A stretch of DNA of 63,738 nucleotides, filler included, from Octopus bimaculoides (GCF_001194135.2; 10 parts of 10 records of this genome joined end to end with filler, not necessarily neighbours in it), one strand, 5' to 3'; counted from the whole stretch's first letter, positions 24,596 through 38,685 are shown. Numbers and translations: made by a program. The notes: a model not told the origin generated them from the sequence alone.

Positions 24596-25549
24596 CCTTT
24601 CGGTTATATGCACAAGGCCTGAAATGTTGGGGCAACTTCGTAACCACCCACACAACACTTGTTTATTATCTCTAGGAAGTTTAGACCAGCGTGCTTTAAG
24701 TATTTTGTTCATAAATATAGCGCAACACTATGTCCACTAATACAAGGCAGTTGCAACAGTAAACACCAAATATTAGGGCGTGTAAAATAGGATTTTAACG
24801 TAGGATTATGGTCTTGTCTCAATTTCAGTCGCACGATTTTTTTTCTTTCTCCGTCTTGTTTACGACATTTCGTGGTCGCTGTTTGAAATTTAATATCGCA
24901 TCTCCCCACACCCTCCCCACACACACACCACAACCACCGTCGCCAGCGCTCCCATCTCGCTCTTCTTGTATAAACTAATATTTTGGCGAGGTTAGCAGGA
25001 ATCAAAGTGTCACACGGAACTGTAAAATTACCATTCGCGAAATTTACGTCAGTGAGTGAGAGCGTAGGAATGGCAGGATGTATCGAATAAGGAAAACGAA
25101 ATGAGTGAAAAGATGAGATACTGAGTAACGTGCTCAGCAGTGAACCTTTTGAGCAATAAGCATCAACATCAGTCTGCGGAATCTGGCTGGCCAGAGATTA
25201 AAGTAGCAGAACAGTTTGTTAGAGAGTCTTTGTACGAAAAGAATGTGCGTCCCAGAAAATAACCTTTAAAAGAAAGAGAGATTGCGAGAGGAAAATTGAA
25301 ATAAATTCTATTTGAACGGATAAATAACTCATTCGACTCTTGATCGATCGCTTAGAAATAAGAGATTTTATATCAATAACAGCTTTTTTTTTTCTTATGG
25401 AAGGCCGTTGAGACATATTGTTCCATCGATCGTTGGTGCTGTTTAACTCCAGATCATACCTGACCGAGCAGATCTATGCTCAACAGCGTTTCAGCCATAA
25501 CCACAATGTAATTTTCCCTTTCTCCAGAACTACGTTTATATCCGAGTGG

Positions 25550-25870
25550 CACTCCGTCAGTTACGACGACGAGTGTTCCAGATGATCCGTTTCAACGGAA
25601 CAGCCTGCTTGTGAAATTAACGTGCAACTGGCTGAGTAGTCCACAGACACGCATTACCCTTAAGGTAGTTCTGCAGAAGATTCAGCGTGACAAGGCTGGC
25701 CCCTTTGTATTACTGGTACAACTCATTTTTGCCAGCTGAGTGGAGTGGACTGGAGCGATGCGAAAAAGTGTTTTGCTCAAGGACACAAGACGCCACCGGG
25801 AAATGAACTTATGACCTTAAGATTTTGAGTCGAATACCCTAACCGTTAAGCCACGCACCTTCACGGCTGC
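25550..25870 (-). mobile_element. CORE-like SINE, head 2 with tail X
   Basis: Reverse complement reads GGTGCGTGGCTTAACGG...GTGTCCTTGAGCAAAACACT...CACTCAGCTGGCAAAAATGAG, then the tail shared with 5670-5835. Confidence 0.8.
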
Positions 25871-25997
25871 ATATACCTAAAACTACATTATTCAATANNN
25901 NNNNNNNNNNNNNNNNNNNNNNNNNNNNNNNNNNNNNNNNNTTAATTAATTAANNNNNNNNNNNNNNNNNNNNNNNNNNNNNNNNNNNNNNNNNNNN

Positions 25998-26031
<34 letters not shown>

Positions 26032-26135
26032 GTTTATTTATACATATATATGACCGTATATATGTATATATATAACACTGTACTCATACTGACGCACACA
26101 TACACATATATATGTATCTGTATAGGTGCACTATT

Positions 26136-26169
<34 letters not shown>

Positions 26170-26949
26170 CAACACACACATACATACACACACACACATT
26201 ATAATTCTATATGCACACCTTTCAGACATCTATTTTAAAATATAATACAAACATACACTGATACCTACATGTATAGATAAATAGATAGATAGATATATAG
26301 ATAAATAGATAGATAGATATATAGATAAATAGATAGATAGATACATAGAGACATATATTTGTAAATTCATACATAAATGCAAGCATAAATACAAATATAC
26401 ATGCATGTATATACACATAAGTACGAATATACATGCATACATACACCATACATACATATACCATACATACATATATACATAAATATTTATATTGTTGTTA
26501 TTACATTATGCTTCGATATACGTTCTAATGTATATCATATTAGAGTTTTATTACATTATAATTACATTGTATCGCACACAGTGTTTAGGTCTCCCTCTAA
26601 AAGGCGAGGTACGTCGAGGGTCAGCGGAGGTAAAATTTTAAGCGGACAGTTTAAAATGGACGACTTGTGAAAGTTAACAAGATTTTGAAGGCATCACTAT
26701 AACCACCACCATCATCATTATCATCATCATCATTGTCAGAGCCAACATGAAGATGGCATGGTTGGTAGTGATGGCGGTGGTGGTGGTGGTGTGGTTGGTG
26801 TTTCGTTCATCTATGTTCTTCCCTCTGATTAGAGTTCATATTTGTATAGATCCAACTGACCAGAAAAGGTTTCTGAAAGTTATTCCGGGTCCCCTACGGA
26901 ATTAGGGACTCGTAGCAGTTGAAAAACCTTCCTTCATTATAACCCTGGG

Positions 26950-27330
26950 TCTGCACAACAAGAACAAAACGAACAACAGCAACTATAGCCACTAATAGTG
27001 TCACAACTGGACCGCCTTTGATCTTAGGTCTGTGTGGATCAGGACTGCCCTGGGGTTAAACGACAATAACTATAACCACTCATACTAACTTCTATACTAT
27101 ACATTAGGTAATGTAGTCCTCGGTACACTATGCCTGAATAAAAGATGGGATGGTCACACCTGGAACATCTTTGATCGTTGGTACGTCTGGATCAGGTCTG
27201 ACCTGGGGCTAAACAACAACAAAAGCAATTATAGCCACTGATACTCACTAATATGCTGTACATTATATAATGTAGTCCTAGATACACTGTGTTTCAATAA
27301 AAAATTGTGTGATGTTCACGGCTGGAATAT
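26950..27330 (+). repeat. About 152-bp tandem repeat family
   Basis: Unit AAACAACAA..ACTATAGCCACTAATAC...TAGTCCTAGATACACTATG...GATGGGATGGTCAC..CTGGA...GGATCAGG.CTGACCTGGGG. The same family is at 31045-31400. Confidence 0.75.
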
Positions 27331-27670
27331 ATTTGCACGTAGATTTGCTGTACCCAGACTTAAAAAAAGAAAAAACAAAAAGCTCAAAGAATACCGCTAG
27401 CACCACTAACACACCAAACACCAAATATGACTATGGCATCCCAAATAGTTTTTATCGTCTAAACTGGAACAGAAATATCTACCAAACGAATATAAAACCG
27501 TGATTTCTCTGCAATAACATCGATAATTGATGAAAAATCGAATTTCCTAACGATAAAAATCTCTTATATTATACACTTGTAAAAAGAGGTTTTAAGTGTT
27601 TTCTGCTGTTTTGAAATTTTTTGCGCGGGAGGTAAATTTCAAAACAAAATGTCTGCCGCTTTTATTATCA

Positions 27671-27701
<31 letters not shown>

Positions 27702-28073
27702 CATCATTTTTGTTTGGAAAGTTCATAATTATTGTATTTATTTTAGTTTAGTTTTTGTATTTTTTTCGTCGTTCAAAGTGAAATTGTGGTTTAATGTGAA
27801 AGCTTTTCAAAAAGAAATTGAATATACTTACGTGCCTGTGTGCATATGTATGTACATAGGTCTACGTACATACATACACACACACACATATAAACATATT
27901 CAAAATTTTTCTATCTACCTAATATATTTACCTATCTATCTGTCTATCTATCTATATATGCATACACACACACACACACACACATATATATGCATATATA
28001 TTTACATTTATTAACATATACAATGAAATATATATTTATAAATATAAATATAATTATATGAGTACCTTTACTG

Positions 28074-28117
<44 letters not shown>

Positions 28118-28445
28118 GAAACATTCATTTTTATGCACACATATAGATCAATACATATATATGTATATCTATATCCATATATCTATACATGTGTATATAT
28201 GTATATATATGCATTTATATACGTATATGTATGTATGTATATGTATATTTACTAATGTGTATATTTGTATAAATGCATACATACGTAAATTTGTTTATGG
28301 ACATATTTATATGTATTTATATTTATTTAAATTGATATTTATGGACACATTTATAAACTGATACCAACATACCTACAAAGAAGATCGATATATATAATTA
28401 TACACACACACACATATCTCTCTCTATATATATATACATATATAA

Positions 28446-28497
<52 letters not shown>

Positions 28498-28561
28498 NNN
28501 NNNNNNNNNNNNNNNNNNNNNNNNNNNNNNNNNNNNNNNNNNNNNNNNNNNNNNNNNNNNN

Positions 28562-28632
<71 letters not shown>

Positions 28633-28936
28633 TAGATATATATATATAGAGATAGATAGATAGATAGATATATATATACATATCTATATATATTTATATA
28701 TATACATTTTAAATATACATATGCATAAGCAAAGATAATGGCTGATAGAATAGACGCTACGTTCGGTGTATAGAATCATTGGTTCTGGTTTTCACACCTA
28801 AATATATATTTTCTTTAATATAATTTGCCAAAACTTTCTCGCACTATGAGGCCGTCGTTGTTCTGCTCAAATATAAAGTAAAGCTTTCTATATACATACA
28901 TACATATCCATATACATACATATATACATACACACG

Positions 28937-28969
<33 letters not shown>

Positions 28970-28994
28970 GTATACGTATGTATGTATGTATATG

Positions 28995-29135
28995 TAGGGG
29001 CCGACGTGGCTATGTGATAAGTACCTTGCTTCTCAACCACATAGTTCCGGGGTCAGTCCAACTTCGTTGCCCCTTGGACAAGTGTCTTGTACTATAGCCT
29101 CGAGCCGACTACAGCCTTGTGAGTGGATTTCGTAG
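28995..29135 (+). mobile_element. SINE family C 5' part
   Basis: GTGGCTATGTGATAAG...CAACCACATAGTTCCGGGGTCAGTCC...CTATAGCCTCGAGCCGAC. Confidence 0.8.
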
Positions 29136-29318
29136 ACCAATGCCAGAACGGGACGGCACTGCATAGTGCCAAAGATCCCAGCAATGCCATCGCGCTTCAG
29201 GACCAGTTACCGCAACAGTTTGGGTTTCAGGGGCCCACAGCTTTTTAATATTCTCCCAATGAGCCTGAGGAACCTGCACAAAGTAGATGTAGGGGTTTTT
29301 AAATCAAAGCTGGACCTC
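29136..29318 (+). mobile_element. CR1-group LINE ORF2 extreme C-terminus
   Basis: TNARTGRHCIVPKIPAMPSRFRTSYRNSLGFRGPQLFNILPMSLRNL overlaps the end of the 15-kb copy (TNPRTGRHSIIP). Confidence 0.8.
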
Positions 29319-29640
29319 NNNNNNNNNNNNNNNNNNNNNNNNNNNNNNNNNNNNNNNNNNNNNNNNNNNNNNNNNNNNNNNNNNNNNNNNNNNNNNNNNN
29401 NNNNNNNNNNNNNNNNNNNNNNNNNNNNNNNNNNNNNNNNNNNNNNNNNNNNNNNNNNNNNNNNNNNNNNNNNNNNNNNNNNNNNNNNNNNNNNNNNNNN
29501 NNNNNNNNNNNNNNNNNNNNNNNNNNNNNNNNNNNNNNNNNNNNNNNNNNNNNNNNNNNNNNNNNNNNNNNNNNNNNNNNNNNNNNNNNNNNNNNNNNNN
29601 NNNNNNNNNNNNNNNNNNNNNNNNNNNNNNNNNNNNNNNN

Positions 29641-29675
<35 letters not shown>

Positions 29676-30257
29676 TATACGTATACGTATATATGGGTAG
29701 GTATCTCTTTACAAAATATATATATGTGTGTATATACACACACGTATATATGTATACTTCTATACTTCTACACAAATTTAGAATGACCTGTAGAGATGAG
29801 GCGTCGCTTATCCCTCCACGGTTACAAACACAGGCGCAGGCGCACACAAACTGACAGTTATGCGTATACACAATATATATATGTTATATAATATATATGT
29901 ATGTATGTATATATATGTATATTTATATATAAAATTATATGTGTATATATGTACTGTATAACAAATAGTTTACACGGTGACAACGTTGTTGTGGTCGGCA
30001 GCGCCGGGGTGAAGACAGGTCACGTGATATCATTGATACCGTTTCATGAGACGATAAAAAAACACATAACTAAAATTTTAAAATCAATAATATTAATTTT
30101 ATATTTTTTCATTCATTTATAGTATATTTTCACATTATGATTATATTTATTTAATCAAATTCCTTTCATTTTTTACGTGTCGTCTGCTTTTATTTTCAAT
30201 GTATCGTCTGCTCTTTAGGAAACTCAACGAAATGAGAATATAAGCCGTATATTGAAT

Positions 30258-30304
30258 TTATATGACATTAAAAATATCATAATTGTCAACATATTTTGTA
30301 CGTC
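30258..30304 (-). CDS. Candidate terminal exon of the minus-strand gene
   Basis: Acceptor cattcttaaatttcag|. Phase 1 reads (G)RTKYVDNYDIFNVI*, phase 2 reads (P)TYKIC*. AATAAA lies downstream at 30194-30189. Confidence 0.4.
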
Positions 30305-30452
30305 CTGAAATTTAAGAATGGATGAACTGAAGTTGTTGATGTAGTCAAAATAAAAAAAACCATGGTCGTTTGCCAAAAGCGTTAAAGAATCGGTTAATAT
30401 GTGTTGTCGATACTTGTTACTGATGACGCGGAGGGACGCAAATATCCCTTAC

Positions 30453-30546
30453 CTAGCGATTCTACCGCTGCTCTTGGAAGATTTTCTTCGTCTGCTATAC
30501 TTACGGCAGAAGAATAACGCAGCTTTGTAGCTTTCTTACACCTTTT
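30453..30546 (-). CDS. Candidate internal exon with two possible donors
   Basis: Acceptor gttttacttaacgtag|. Donors are GCC|GTAAGT (exon end 30505) and TAG|GTAAGG (exon end 30453). Phase 0 reads KRCKKATKLRYSSAVSIADEENLPRAAVESL. Confidence 0.45.
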
Positions 30547-31044
30547 CTACGTTAAGTAAAACATATACATTACTGTTCAGAACTAAAACAGCTTCTGGCG
30601 TTAATAATGAAATCTTAACCAGCGCACCAACAATTTCAGACACCACCGATTCATTGATCACTGTCCTTCTATATCCGTTGAAAAATCTGAATCTGCTACT
30701 GATGGCTCGCAAAGACGTAGAAATCCGGATTTAGCAATTTCACCGTCCATGATGTACGATTTTCGTTTGTAATTGTTGTACATCTGAGCTTTTTAGCACT
30801 AAACATTTATACAAGAAAGTATTCCGAGACAAGTTCCACAGGCATGTGGCTTTCTGTAGCATGTCCACCCCCAGTTCTAGATCAAACACCGTCGAAGTTA
30901 ATTCCACCATTCATCTTTTCGTGGCATTAAATAAACGGATATTCAAAGACAATCAATGTCTGATAGCTTTAGATCGTTGAAGAAATAAATATCCTAGAAT
31001 ACATCTTTTTCATTTTATGGCACTCTGTTTCGAATTACGGTGAG

Positions 31045-31400
31045 GTCAAACATACAATTCATTCTCCTGGGACCATACTTAAACAACAATAATTACAGCC
31101 ACTAATACCAACTACTATGCTATACATTAGATAATATAGTCCTAGATACACTATGACTAATTAAAAGATGGGATGGTCACAGCTGGAGCGTCTTTGATCA
31201 TGGGCCTGTCTGGATCAGGACTGACCTGGGGTTAAACAACAACGACTATAGCCACTAATACTAACTACTATACTATACATTAAGATAATGTAGTCCTAGA
31301 TACACTATGCCTGAATAAAAGATGGGATGGTCACATATGGAATGTCTATGATCATAGGTTTACTCGGATAACATCAATGCTGGGACTACGCAACAACAAC
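31045..31400 (+). repeat. About 152-bp tandem repeat, two copies
   Basis: AAACAACAA at 31081 and about 31233. Same unit as 26950-27330. Confidence 0.8.
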
Positions 31401-31724
31401 AACAACAGCGGCAGCAGCAGCAACCGTAGTCTTTAGCATGACTCCTGAACGTTTTATCATGTTTAACTAAATAATGGCGTCACCCACGATTTAACCCGAA
31501 AAACTCCCATGAGCCACCTCTTCATCTTTTTCGCTTTTGATATATTGACATTTCAGCCATTTTGAAGATATTTATATTCTGTTAACGTTACACAATTTTC
31601 ATTGGTTTTTTTATTATTATTTATTATTTTAAGATTATGTAGTTGTTGTTATTGTTATTGTTGTTGTTGTTGTTGCCGTCACTGTTTGTTGTTTGAGGGA
31701 GTTTTTCGTATGATCAAAGATGCA

Positions 31725-31860
31725 CCAGCTGTGACCATCCCAACCGCATGGTTCCAGGTTCAGTTCCACTGCGTGGCACCTTGAGCATGTGTCTTCTACT
31801 ATAGTCATCGAAATGCTTGTGACTGGATTTGGTAGACGGAAACTGAAAGAATCCCATCAT
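31725..31860 (+). mobile_element. SINE family C 5' part
   Basis: CAACCGCATGGTTCCAGGTTCAGTTCCACTGCGTGGCACC...GGTAGACGGAAACTGAAAGAA. Confidence 0.8.
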
Positions 31861-32030
31861 GTAAATATATATATATCTATGTATGTATATGTAACTATCC
31901 TTATTGACCACTGAACGAAATATTATCTTTGACCACATCTAACCTCAAATTCATCTATTTAATTAATATACATACATATATATATATATATATACATGTA
32001 TATATATATGTATATGTATGTATATATATA

Positions 32031-32070
<40 letters not shown>

Positions 32071-32780
32071 NNNNNNNNNNNNNNNNNNNNNNNNNNNNNN
32101 NNNNNNNNNNNNNNNNNNNNNNNNNNNNNNNNNNNNNNNNNNNNNNNNNNNNNNNNNNNNNNNNNNNNNNNNNNNNNNNNNNNNNNNNNNNNNNNNNNNN
32201 NNNNNNNNNNNNNNNNNNNNNNNNNNNNNNNNNNNNNNNNNNNNNNNNNNNNNNNNNNNNNNNNNNNNNNNNNNNNNNNNNNNNNNNNNNNNNNNNNNNN
32301 NNNNNNNNNNNNNNNNNNNNNNNNNNNNNNNNNNNNNNNNNNNNNNNNNNNNNNNNNNNNNNNNNNNNNNNNNNNNNNNNNNNNNNNNNNNNNNNNNNNN
32401 NNNNNNNNNNNNNNNNNNNNNNNNNNNNNNNNNNNNNNNNNNNNNNNNNNNNNNNNNNNNNNNNNNNNNNNNNNNNNNNNNNNNNNNNNNNNNNNNNNNN
32501 NNNNNNNNNNNNNNNNNNNNNNNNNNNNNNNNNNNNNNNNNNNNNNNNNNNNNNNNNNNNNNNNNNNNNNNNNNNNNNNNNNNNNNNNNNNNNNNNNNNN
32601 NNNNNNNNNNNNNNNNNNNNNNNNNNNNNNNNNNAGTGAAATGAGACGAGATCGCTTGTTATTTCTAGCAAGGCGGTTTGTGAGACAAAAATAAACGGAA
32701 ATAAAATATTCACTAATAGCTTTGTCATGTTAACAATTTAACAAAACATACAAATAAATATTTGTTGTTATTATTATTGC

Positions 32781-32813
<33 letters not shown>

Positions 32814-33177
32814 CAATCCAAAATAGATTAGTCAACAATAGAAAACAACAATAGCAGGAAACACAATCAAATAAGACAATAAAACAACAAGAGGCCAAAA
32901 TGAGAAAAAGAAAAAGAAATAGAATTTGATAAAAGGAATCAAATAAAAGTGAAACAAAATGAAACGAAAGGAAAAGAGAAAGAGACAAAATGGACGCGAC
33001 GAAAAGCCTCCATCGGTTCAGTGAGAATGCAAAGGATTATGGGAATTATTATGGGGTCACGTGGTTGTAGTAATATTTGGTAGGTTTTGCTGATTTTTTT
33101 CTAAATTTAAGGTGGTTAAGGGGAGTATTGATGAGTTGTAAACAAACAAATATAGGGAAGTGTGTATTGTGAATTCG

Positions 33178-33247
<70 letters not shown>

Positions 33248-33310
33248 NNNNNNNNNNNNNNNNNNNNNNNNNNNNNNNNNNNNNNNNNNNNNNNNNNNNN
33301 NNNNNNNNNN

Positions 33311-33361
<51 letters not shown>

Positions 33362-33488
33362 GTGTATGTATGTATTTATGTATATATACACAGCCATACA
33401 TATATGTGTGAGTGTATGCGTATAAGGTTCGATCTATTGTATATTGAAAGAATTCTGTGTATATGTGAAGATATATACACACACACAT

Positions 33489-33523
<35 letters not shown>

Positions 33524-33681
33524 GAAAAAGAAGAGGAACCGAGTGAGACGAGGACACGGGAGGTTGTTACCAGTACAAAACAAAATATATAAATATTTAC
33601 TATATACATATGTATACATAACATATATAAATAGAATATAAATAATATACATACACACACACATACATAGATATATAGACA

Positions 33682-33720
<39 letters not shown>

Positions 33721-33820
33721 NNNNNNNNNNNNNNNNNNNNNNNNNNNNNNNNNNNNNNNNNNNNTTAATTAATTAANNNNNNNNNNNNNNNNNNNNNNNN
33801 NNNNNNNNNNNNNNNNNNNN

Positions 33821-33863
<43 letters not shown>

Positions 33864-34559
33864 GTGTATATCGTATATGTGTGTGTCTGTGTCTGTGTCT
33901 GTGTGTGTGTGTGTGTGCGTGTGCACGTAGTCCTCTCTATCTTTAATCCTGTATCTATCTGTCTATCTAAAACTAGCGTAGATTACATATTAAGATTGCT
34001 TTCCACCATTGCTTCTCAATCATTCATCACATGAAAATGACAACGAGATTAGCATATATTTTGCTAGTCAATTTCATGTCAAGTTTTAAGCAGTTTCATA
34101 TAGTGTTTCTAATTTTCTTCTTGTCATTGCTGTTGTCGTCGTCGTCGTCGTTGTTGTTGTAGTTGTTTCTGTCAATGCTGTTGTCGTCTTTGTTTTTTCT
34201 TCTTTCATTTTTTCGCTTTAATTTTATTTTCGTTTTCTACACTAACTGTTTTTGGAAAATTGCTTTCCTTCTTTATTTCGTGTGATTTATTCAGATCTTC
34301 AAACTGAGCTGTTTTCACCAAATAAGTCAGTCAACTTAGGATTTATATATCGTATATTCCATTGCTTAGACATGTAGCACTCACACTATACAATTTGTTT
34401 CTTTTCTTTCCTAACTGTCTTCTTATTAATATGATATTCTTTTTGCTCTTTGTGTTATTATAATTCTTGCTGTTGTTGTTGTTGTTGTTTGTGGTGCTGC
34501 TATTCCTGCCGCTGCTACCGTGGCAGTTTTGCTTTCTGTTCATGTTATCATTTTGATTC

Positions 34560-34591
<32 letters not shown>

Positions 34592-34965
34592 NNNNNNNNN
34601 NNNNNNNNNNNNNNNNNNNNNNNNNNNNNNNNNNNNNNNNNNNNNNNNNNNNNNNNNNNNNNNNNNNNNNNNNNNNNNNNNNNNNNNNNNNNNNNNNNNN
34701 NNNNNNNNNNNNNNNNNNNNNNNNNNNNNNNNNNNNNNNNNNNNNNNNNNNNNNNNNNNNNNNNNNNNNNNNNNNNNNNNNNNNNNNNNNNNNNNNNNNN
34801 NNNNNNNNNNNNNNNNNNNNNNNNNNNNNNNNNNNNNNNNNNNNNNNNNNNNNNNNNNNNNNNNNNNNNNNNNNNNNNNNNNNNNNNNNNGAGACAGAGG
34901 TCGACGACGATGATGATCATCATCATCATCAGCAGCAGCATCACTATCATAATCGTCATAATAAT

Positions 34966-35007
<42 letters not shown>

Positions 35008-35009
35008 CC

Positions 35010-35541
35010 TTTCTACTATAGGCCTGAAATTTGAGAGGAGGGTTAAATCAATTATATCGACCCCCCACCCACAGTATTCAACTGGTACTTCGACCCCAAT
35101 ACTCAACTGGTACTTAATTTACCGATCTCGAAAGATGAAAGGCGATGTCGACCTCGGCGAATAATAATAATAATAATAATAGCCTTGATGCAGTACCGGG
35201 CAGTGGCTCTCATGGCTTCTCATCTTAACTGATTGGAAGTGTTATCATATACATTGTTTTGTCTTGGTGTAAAAGATGAGCTACAGCAAATATCTGCTCA
35301 ATGCCACGGATTTGCTTGTTAGCTGTTTGACCTTAACCAGTTGAGCATGTCACTGAGTGATTGACGGTACGTGCATCTCTGATCACTATCAGAAGTAGTG
35401 GGAGAGCATCAGAGCTTTGTGTTGAGAGGAATTATTTCGGGTTTGGATAATTCACCTCTGGAAAGTCATGATGGGTATAATGGGCTTCGTATATTTTACC
35501 CCAGTGTCACTTTGATGGCATGCACTGCTCTCTCACTCAAT

Positions 35542-35586
<45 letters not shown>

Positions 35587-36040
35587 GATGATGATGATAA
35601 TAGTTTCAAATTTTGCCACAAGAAGAGGAAGTCCAAGGGGAGGGTTAAAGTCGATTACATCGACCTCAGTGCATAACTGGTACTTATTTTATCGAACTCG
35701 AAATGATGACGGCAAAGTCAGCCTCGGTGAGATTTGAACTGGGAACGTAAGGACGGACAGAAGGCCACTGAGTATTTGTCCCTGCGTGTTAACGACTATG
35801 CCAGTTCGCCGCCCTCATAATAACATAATCCTTTCTACTATAGACACAAGGCCCGAAATTTAGGGGATGGGGATAGCTGATTACATTGACCCCAGTATTC
35901 AACTGGTACTTAGTTTATCGACCTCGAACGGATAAAAGGCAAAGTCGACCTCGGGGAATTTGAACTCAGAACGGAGCGATGGGTGAAATAGCGCTAAACA
36001 TTTCGTCCAGCGTGCTAACGATTGTGTCAGAACGCCACCT
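35010..36040 (-). mobile_element. Co-oriented SINE train D-E-D-D separated by (AAT)n tracts
   Basis: Approximate units are 35010-35165 (D), 35180-35540 (E, internally deleted), 35590-35820 (D) and 35830-36040 (D). Confidence 0.8.
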
Positions 36041-36071
36041 TACTACTACTACTATTACTACTACTACCACC

Positions 36072-36148
<77 letters not shown>

Positions 36149-36649
36149 CACTACTACTACTACTACTACTACTATTACTACTACAGGCTAAATGTCAATG
36201 GGATTTATACAAAACAACAGGGCACAACGCAGTAGGTGTTTATATAAATTGTATAAAAGGACAAAAAAATTAATAATAATCAAAAAAATTATCGGTGAGC
36301 AGTAATTAATCAATTAGTTAATTAAGGAAGATGGTGGTGGAGGCTATTATAATGATACTATTTTTTATTGGTTGCAATGCTCAAGACGTAGGGACGTGTG
36401 CGCGGACGCAACACAAAAAGCGATACGAAAGTGTAATATCAAAAACAACAGCAACAACAACAATAATATTGATAATTTAGCATCCTTTCTCAAGATGATA
36501 GTTTCGCAGGTCAAGCTGACATGTGACCAAGAGATGCTGGTAAAGGTTGAAATTAAAAGGTGATTCATTATTCCCATTTGTATTTCTTAATGCATCGATT
36601 CCCCTGTCTCATATATTATAAAATAGCAGACCCTGCAACAACCAACTCG

Positions 36650-36900
36650 CGAAAATTAACGACAAGATGATCCACTTAATATCCGCGGATCACCATAAAC
36701 GTTATGGTAAACCTGAGAAAATTCTGGACACTGTTTCCTGTACATAGATTATTCGAATGCAATTTGGTAAAGACTGAAAAAATATTTCCCTTTATAGATA
36801 TCAAAGTGATAGAATATCGACCAACAGGAAACTGTCCTGGAATATGCAACCAGTTGAATATTTCCATCCTCATTGATACATCATGAACGTTTTGCTTCTT
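36650..36900 (-). mobile_element. Possible old LINE RT N-terminal fragment
   Basis: YSITLISIKGNIF resembles the YRPITLLSxxGKIF motif. Confidence 0.35.
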
Positions 36901-37014
36901 GGGGAATCAACACAATAAATTTTCGACGTCCACTCGCTGAGTATGTAGAAGCCCATAAGTATATCCATCGCCTTTTTTAAATAACTTTGGCCTCACCTTT
37001 TAATAAAAAAGGTG

Positions 37015-37160
37015 AGGCGGGTTGTGTGTTAAGAAGTTTGCTTTCCAACCACATGGTTCTGGCTTCAGTCTCACTGTGTGGCACCATGCGAAAGTTTCCC
37101 TCAAGCTACCCATAGCCTTTTCAGTGGATGTCGTAGGCGGAGGCTGAAATATGCTCGTCG
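37015..37160 (+). mobile_element. SINE family C 5' part, deleted
   Basis: GTTGTGTGTTAAGAAGTTTGCTTTCCAACCACATGGTTC...GTGGCACC...GCTCGTCGTATATA. Confidence 0.75.
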
Positions 37161-37161
37161 T

Positions 37162-37193
<32 letters not shown>

Positions 37194-37194
37194 T

Positions 37195-37370
37195 AACTAC
37201 ACGTGGACTGTTGGCCATTTTTTTCATTCTTCCTTTTCTTTTAGACTTTCTTATATCTCCAATTTCCGAAGAAGAGCAATACTCGAAATGTAAAACAACC
37301 ACTCTTAGTTTCCTTCTCTGAGCGTCTCATTAATACTTTGCATGTACTACGTCCTCACGTTTTTTTTTTT
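37195..37370 (+). mobile_element. Penelope-associated repeat with a degenerate minimal hammerhead motif (37261-37296)
   Basis: ATTT-CCGAAGA-AGAGCAATACTC-GAAATGTA-AAAC. Co-linear with 56990-57130 (TGAGCGTCT..TAATACTTT.CATGT). Confidence 0.6.
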
Positions 37371-37499
37371 CTTGTTTTCTTTTATCTCTGTTATTCCTCA
37401 AAACGTTAGTCCTCTGGAACTTCCTTCCTTCTTAGGTTTTTCCTGCATTTATTGACTTTCTACAGCTAGGGTGAAACACCAACAGCATTAATCTCATTG

Positions 37500-38642
37500 C
37501 CGTTGGAAGACACAGCGGAGGTAATTCGTGCAACACCTTTTTGAGACTTACCAAGTAAAACTAAATAGAGTTCAGTGAAAACGACGAGTCAAAAGGAAAT
37601 TAAGAATAGATCTAAATAGATCAAATTCCCACCGACGATGACTCTTCACCCGTCGGTGGCACAATTCCCACTGACGAAATTCTGGGACATGCCGTTATTG
37701 TGTTACCAACTGCCGGCAATGGCACGTTTTTCTTTTCCTCCTCTTTTTTTCTTTCTTACTGAGGAAAGGTGGGTTTCCTCCGTAACCGGAGATCCACCTC
37801 CCCTCCCTCATCCCTAGGATCCCTCGGTGAGCAACCATTGTTGCTCACCTTCTTCCTCTGCCTCCTCGACAGCCTCCATTCCCTCGTCTAGAGAGATACC
37901 AACCAACTGCTCCAGGACCTTGCTTTGGTCTTGGGGCAGTTCTTTATATGGCCAGGTTTCAGGCACAGGTGACATTTGGTGGGGGTGACCCTCAAGAATC
38001 ATCGGATACTTGCACCAAGCCATAGTCAAAAAGTCCGGAAACACTAAATTATTTGCTGATTGAGTTCACAGGGTCAAAACCACATTTCACCCGATCCCAG
38101 TCAGCCACCGGTAACAGCTTTACACTGAGGGGCTTGGCGCTGTTGCCACCCAGACCCCGGCTGATAGTGTCCTCTATCCATTCTGGTTCTATATTGGGAA
38201 AACGGTTTAGGAAAAACAAAACAAAAAGACACAACGAACACACTCTTCCGGCCACAGGTACTCCTGACCCAAACTGGAAATTAGTAGCAAAAGCAAAACC
38301 AGGTACTCCGAAGCAGAAAATACAGCAAACCAGGTACTCAAAGGCAAGAATTGTAGCAAACCAGGTATAGAAACAATATTTTGTTGGCGAGATACATCCA
38401 CCAAAACAAATTTTAATTCACTAAAAAGTGAGTACAACTACACTCACCACAGGCAGACAAAATTCTTTAGAGTTCAGCAGGGATTTATTAAAAATGACAC
38501 AACAATAAATCCCCACCGAACTCAAAGAAACAAAATGTCTTACTTGTAGCCAGTCTCTTTTATTTCTCTTGCTCACGCAGCTCAAATCGACATGACATTC
38601 ACAGTAGCAGTAGCCGACAACTGACGGCGCATGCGTCGAGAG
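37500..38642 (-). mobile_element. Decayed L1/Tx1-like 5' UTR and ORF1
   Basis: Translates FPNIEPEWIEDTIS..., a gag-type knuckle CHLCLKPGHIKNCP (about 37980-37939), then an acidic/basic tail. The 5' UTR contains a repeated CCAGGTA motif. Confidence 0.6.
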
Positions 38643-38685
38643 TAAGCAAGGTACTTACCACACAGCCACTCCTGCGCTAACGCCT
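38643..38685 (-). mobile_element. First ~43 nt of a SINE family C head, interrupted by the Tx1-like element
   Basis: Reverse complement reads GGCGTTAGCGCAGGAGTGGCTGTGTGGTAAGTACCTTGCTTAC, then switches to non-SINE sequence. Confidence 0.7.

Noticed and set aside
20885-31400. Regularly spaced repeats as possible CRISPR arrays
   Set aside because: The units are tandem with no unique spacers, the context is eukaryotic, and there are no cas genes.
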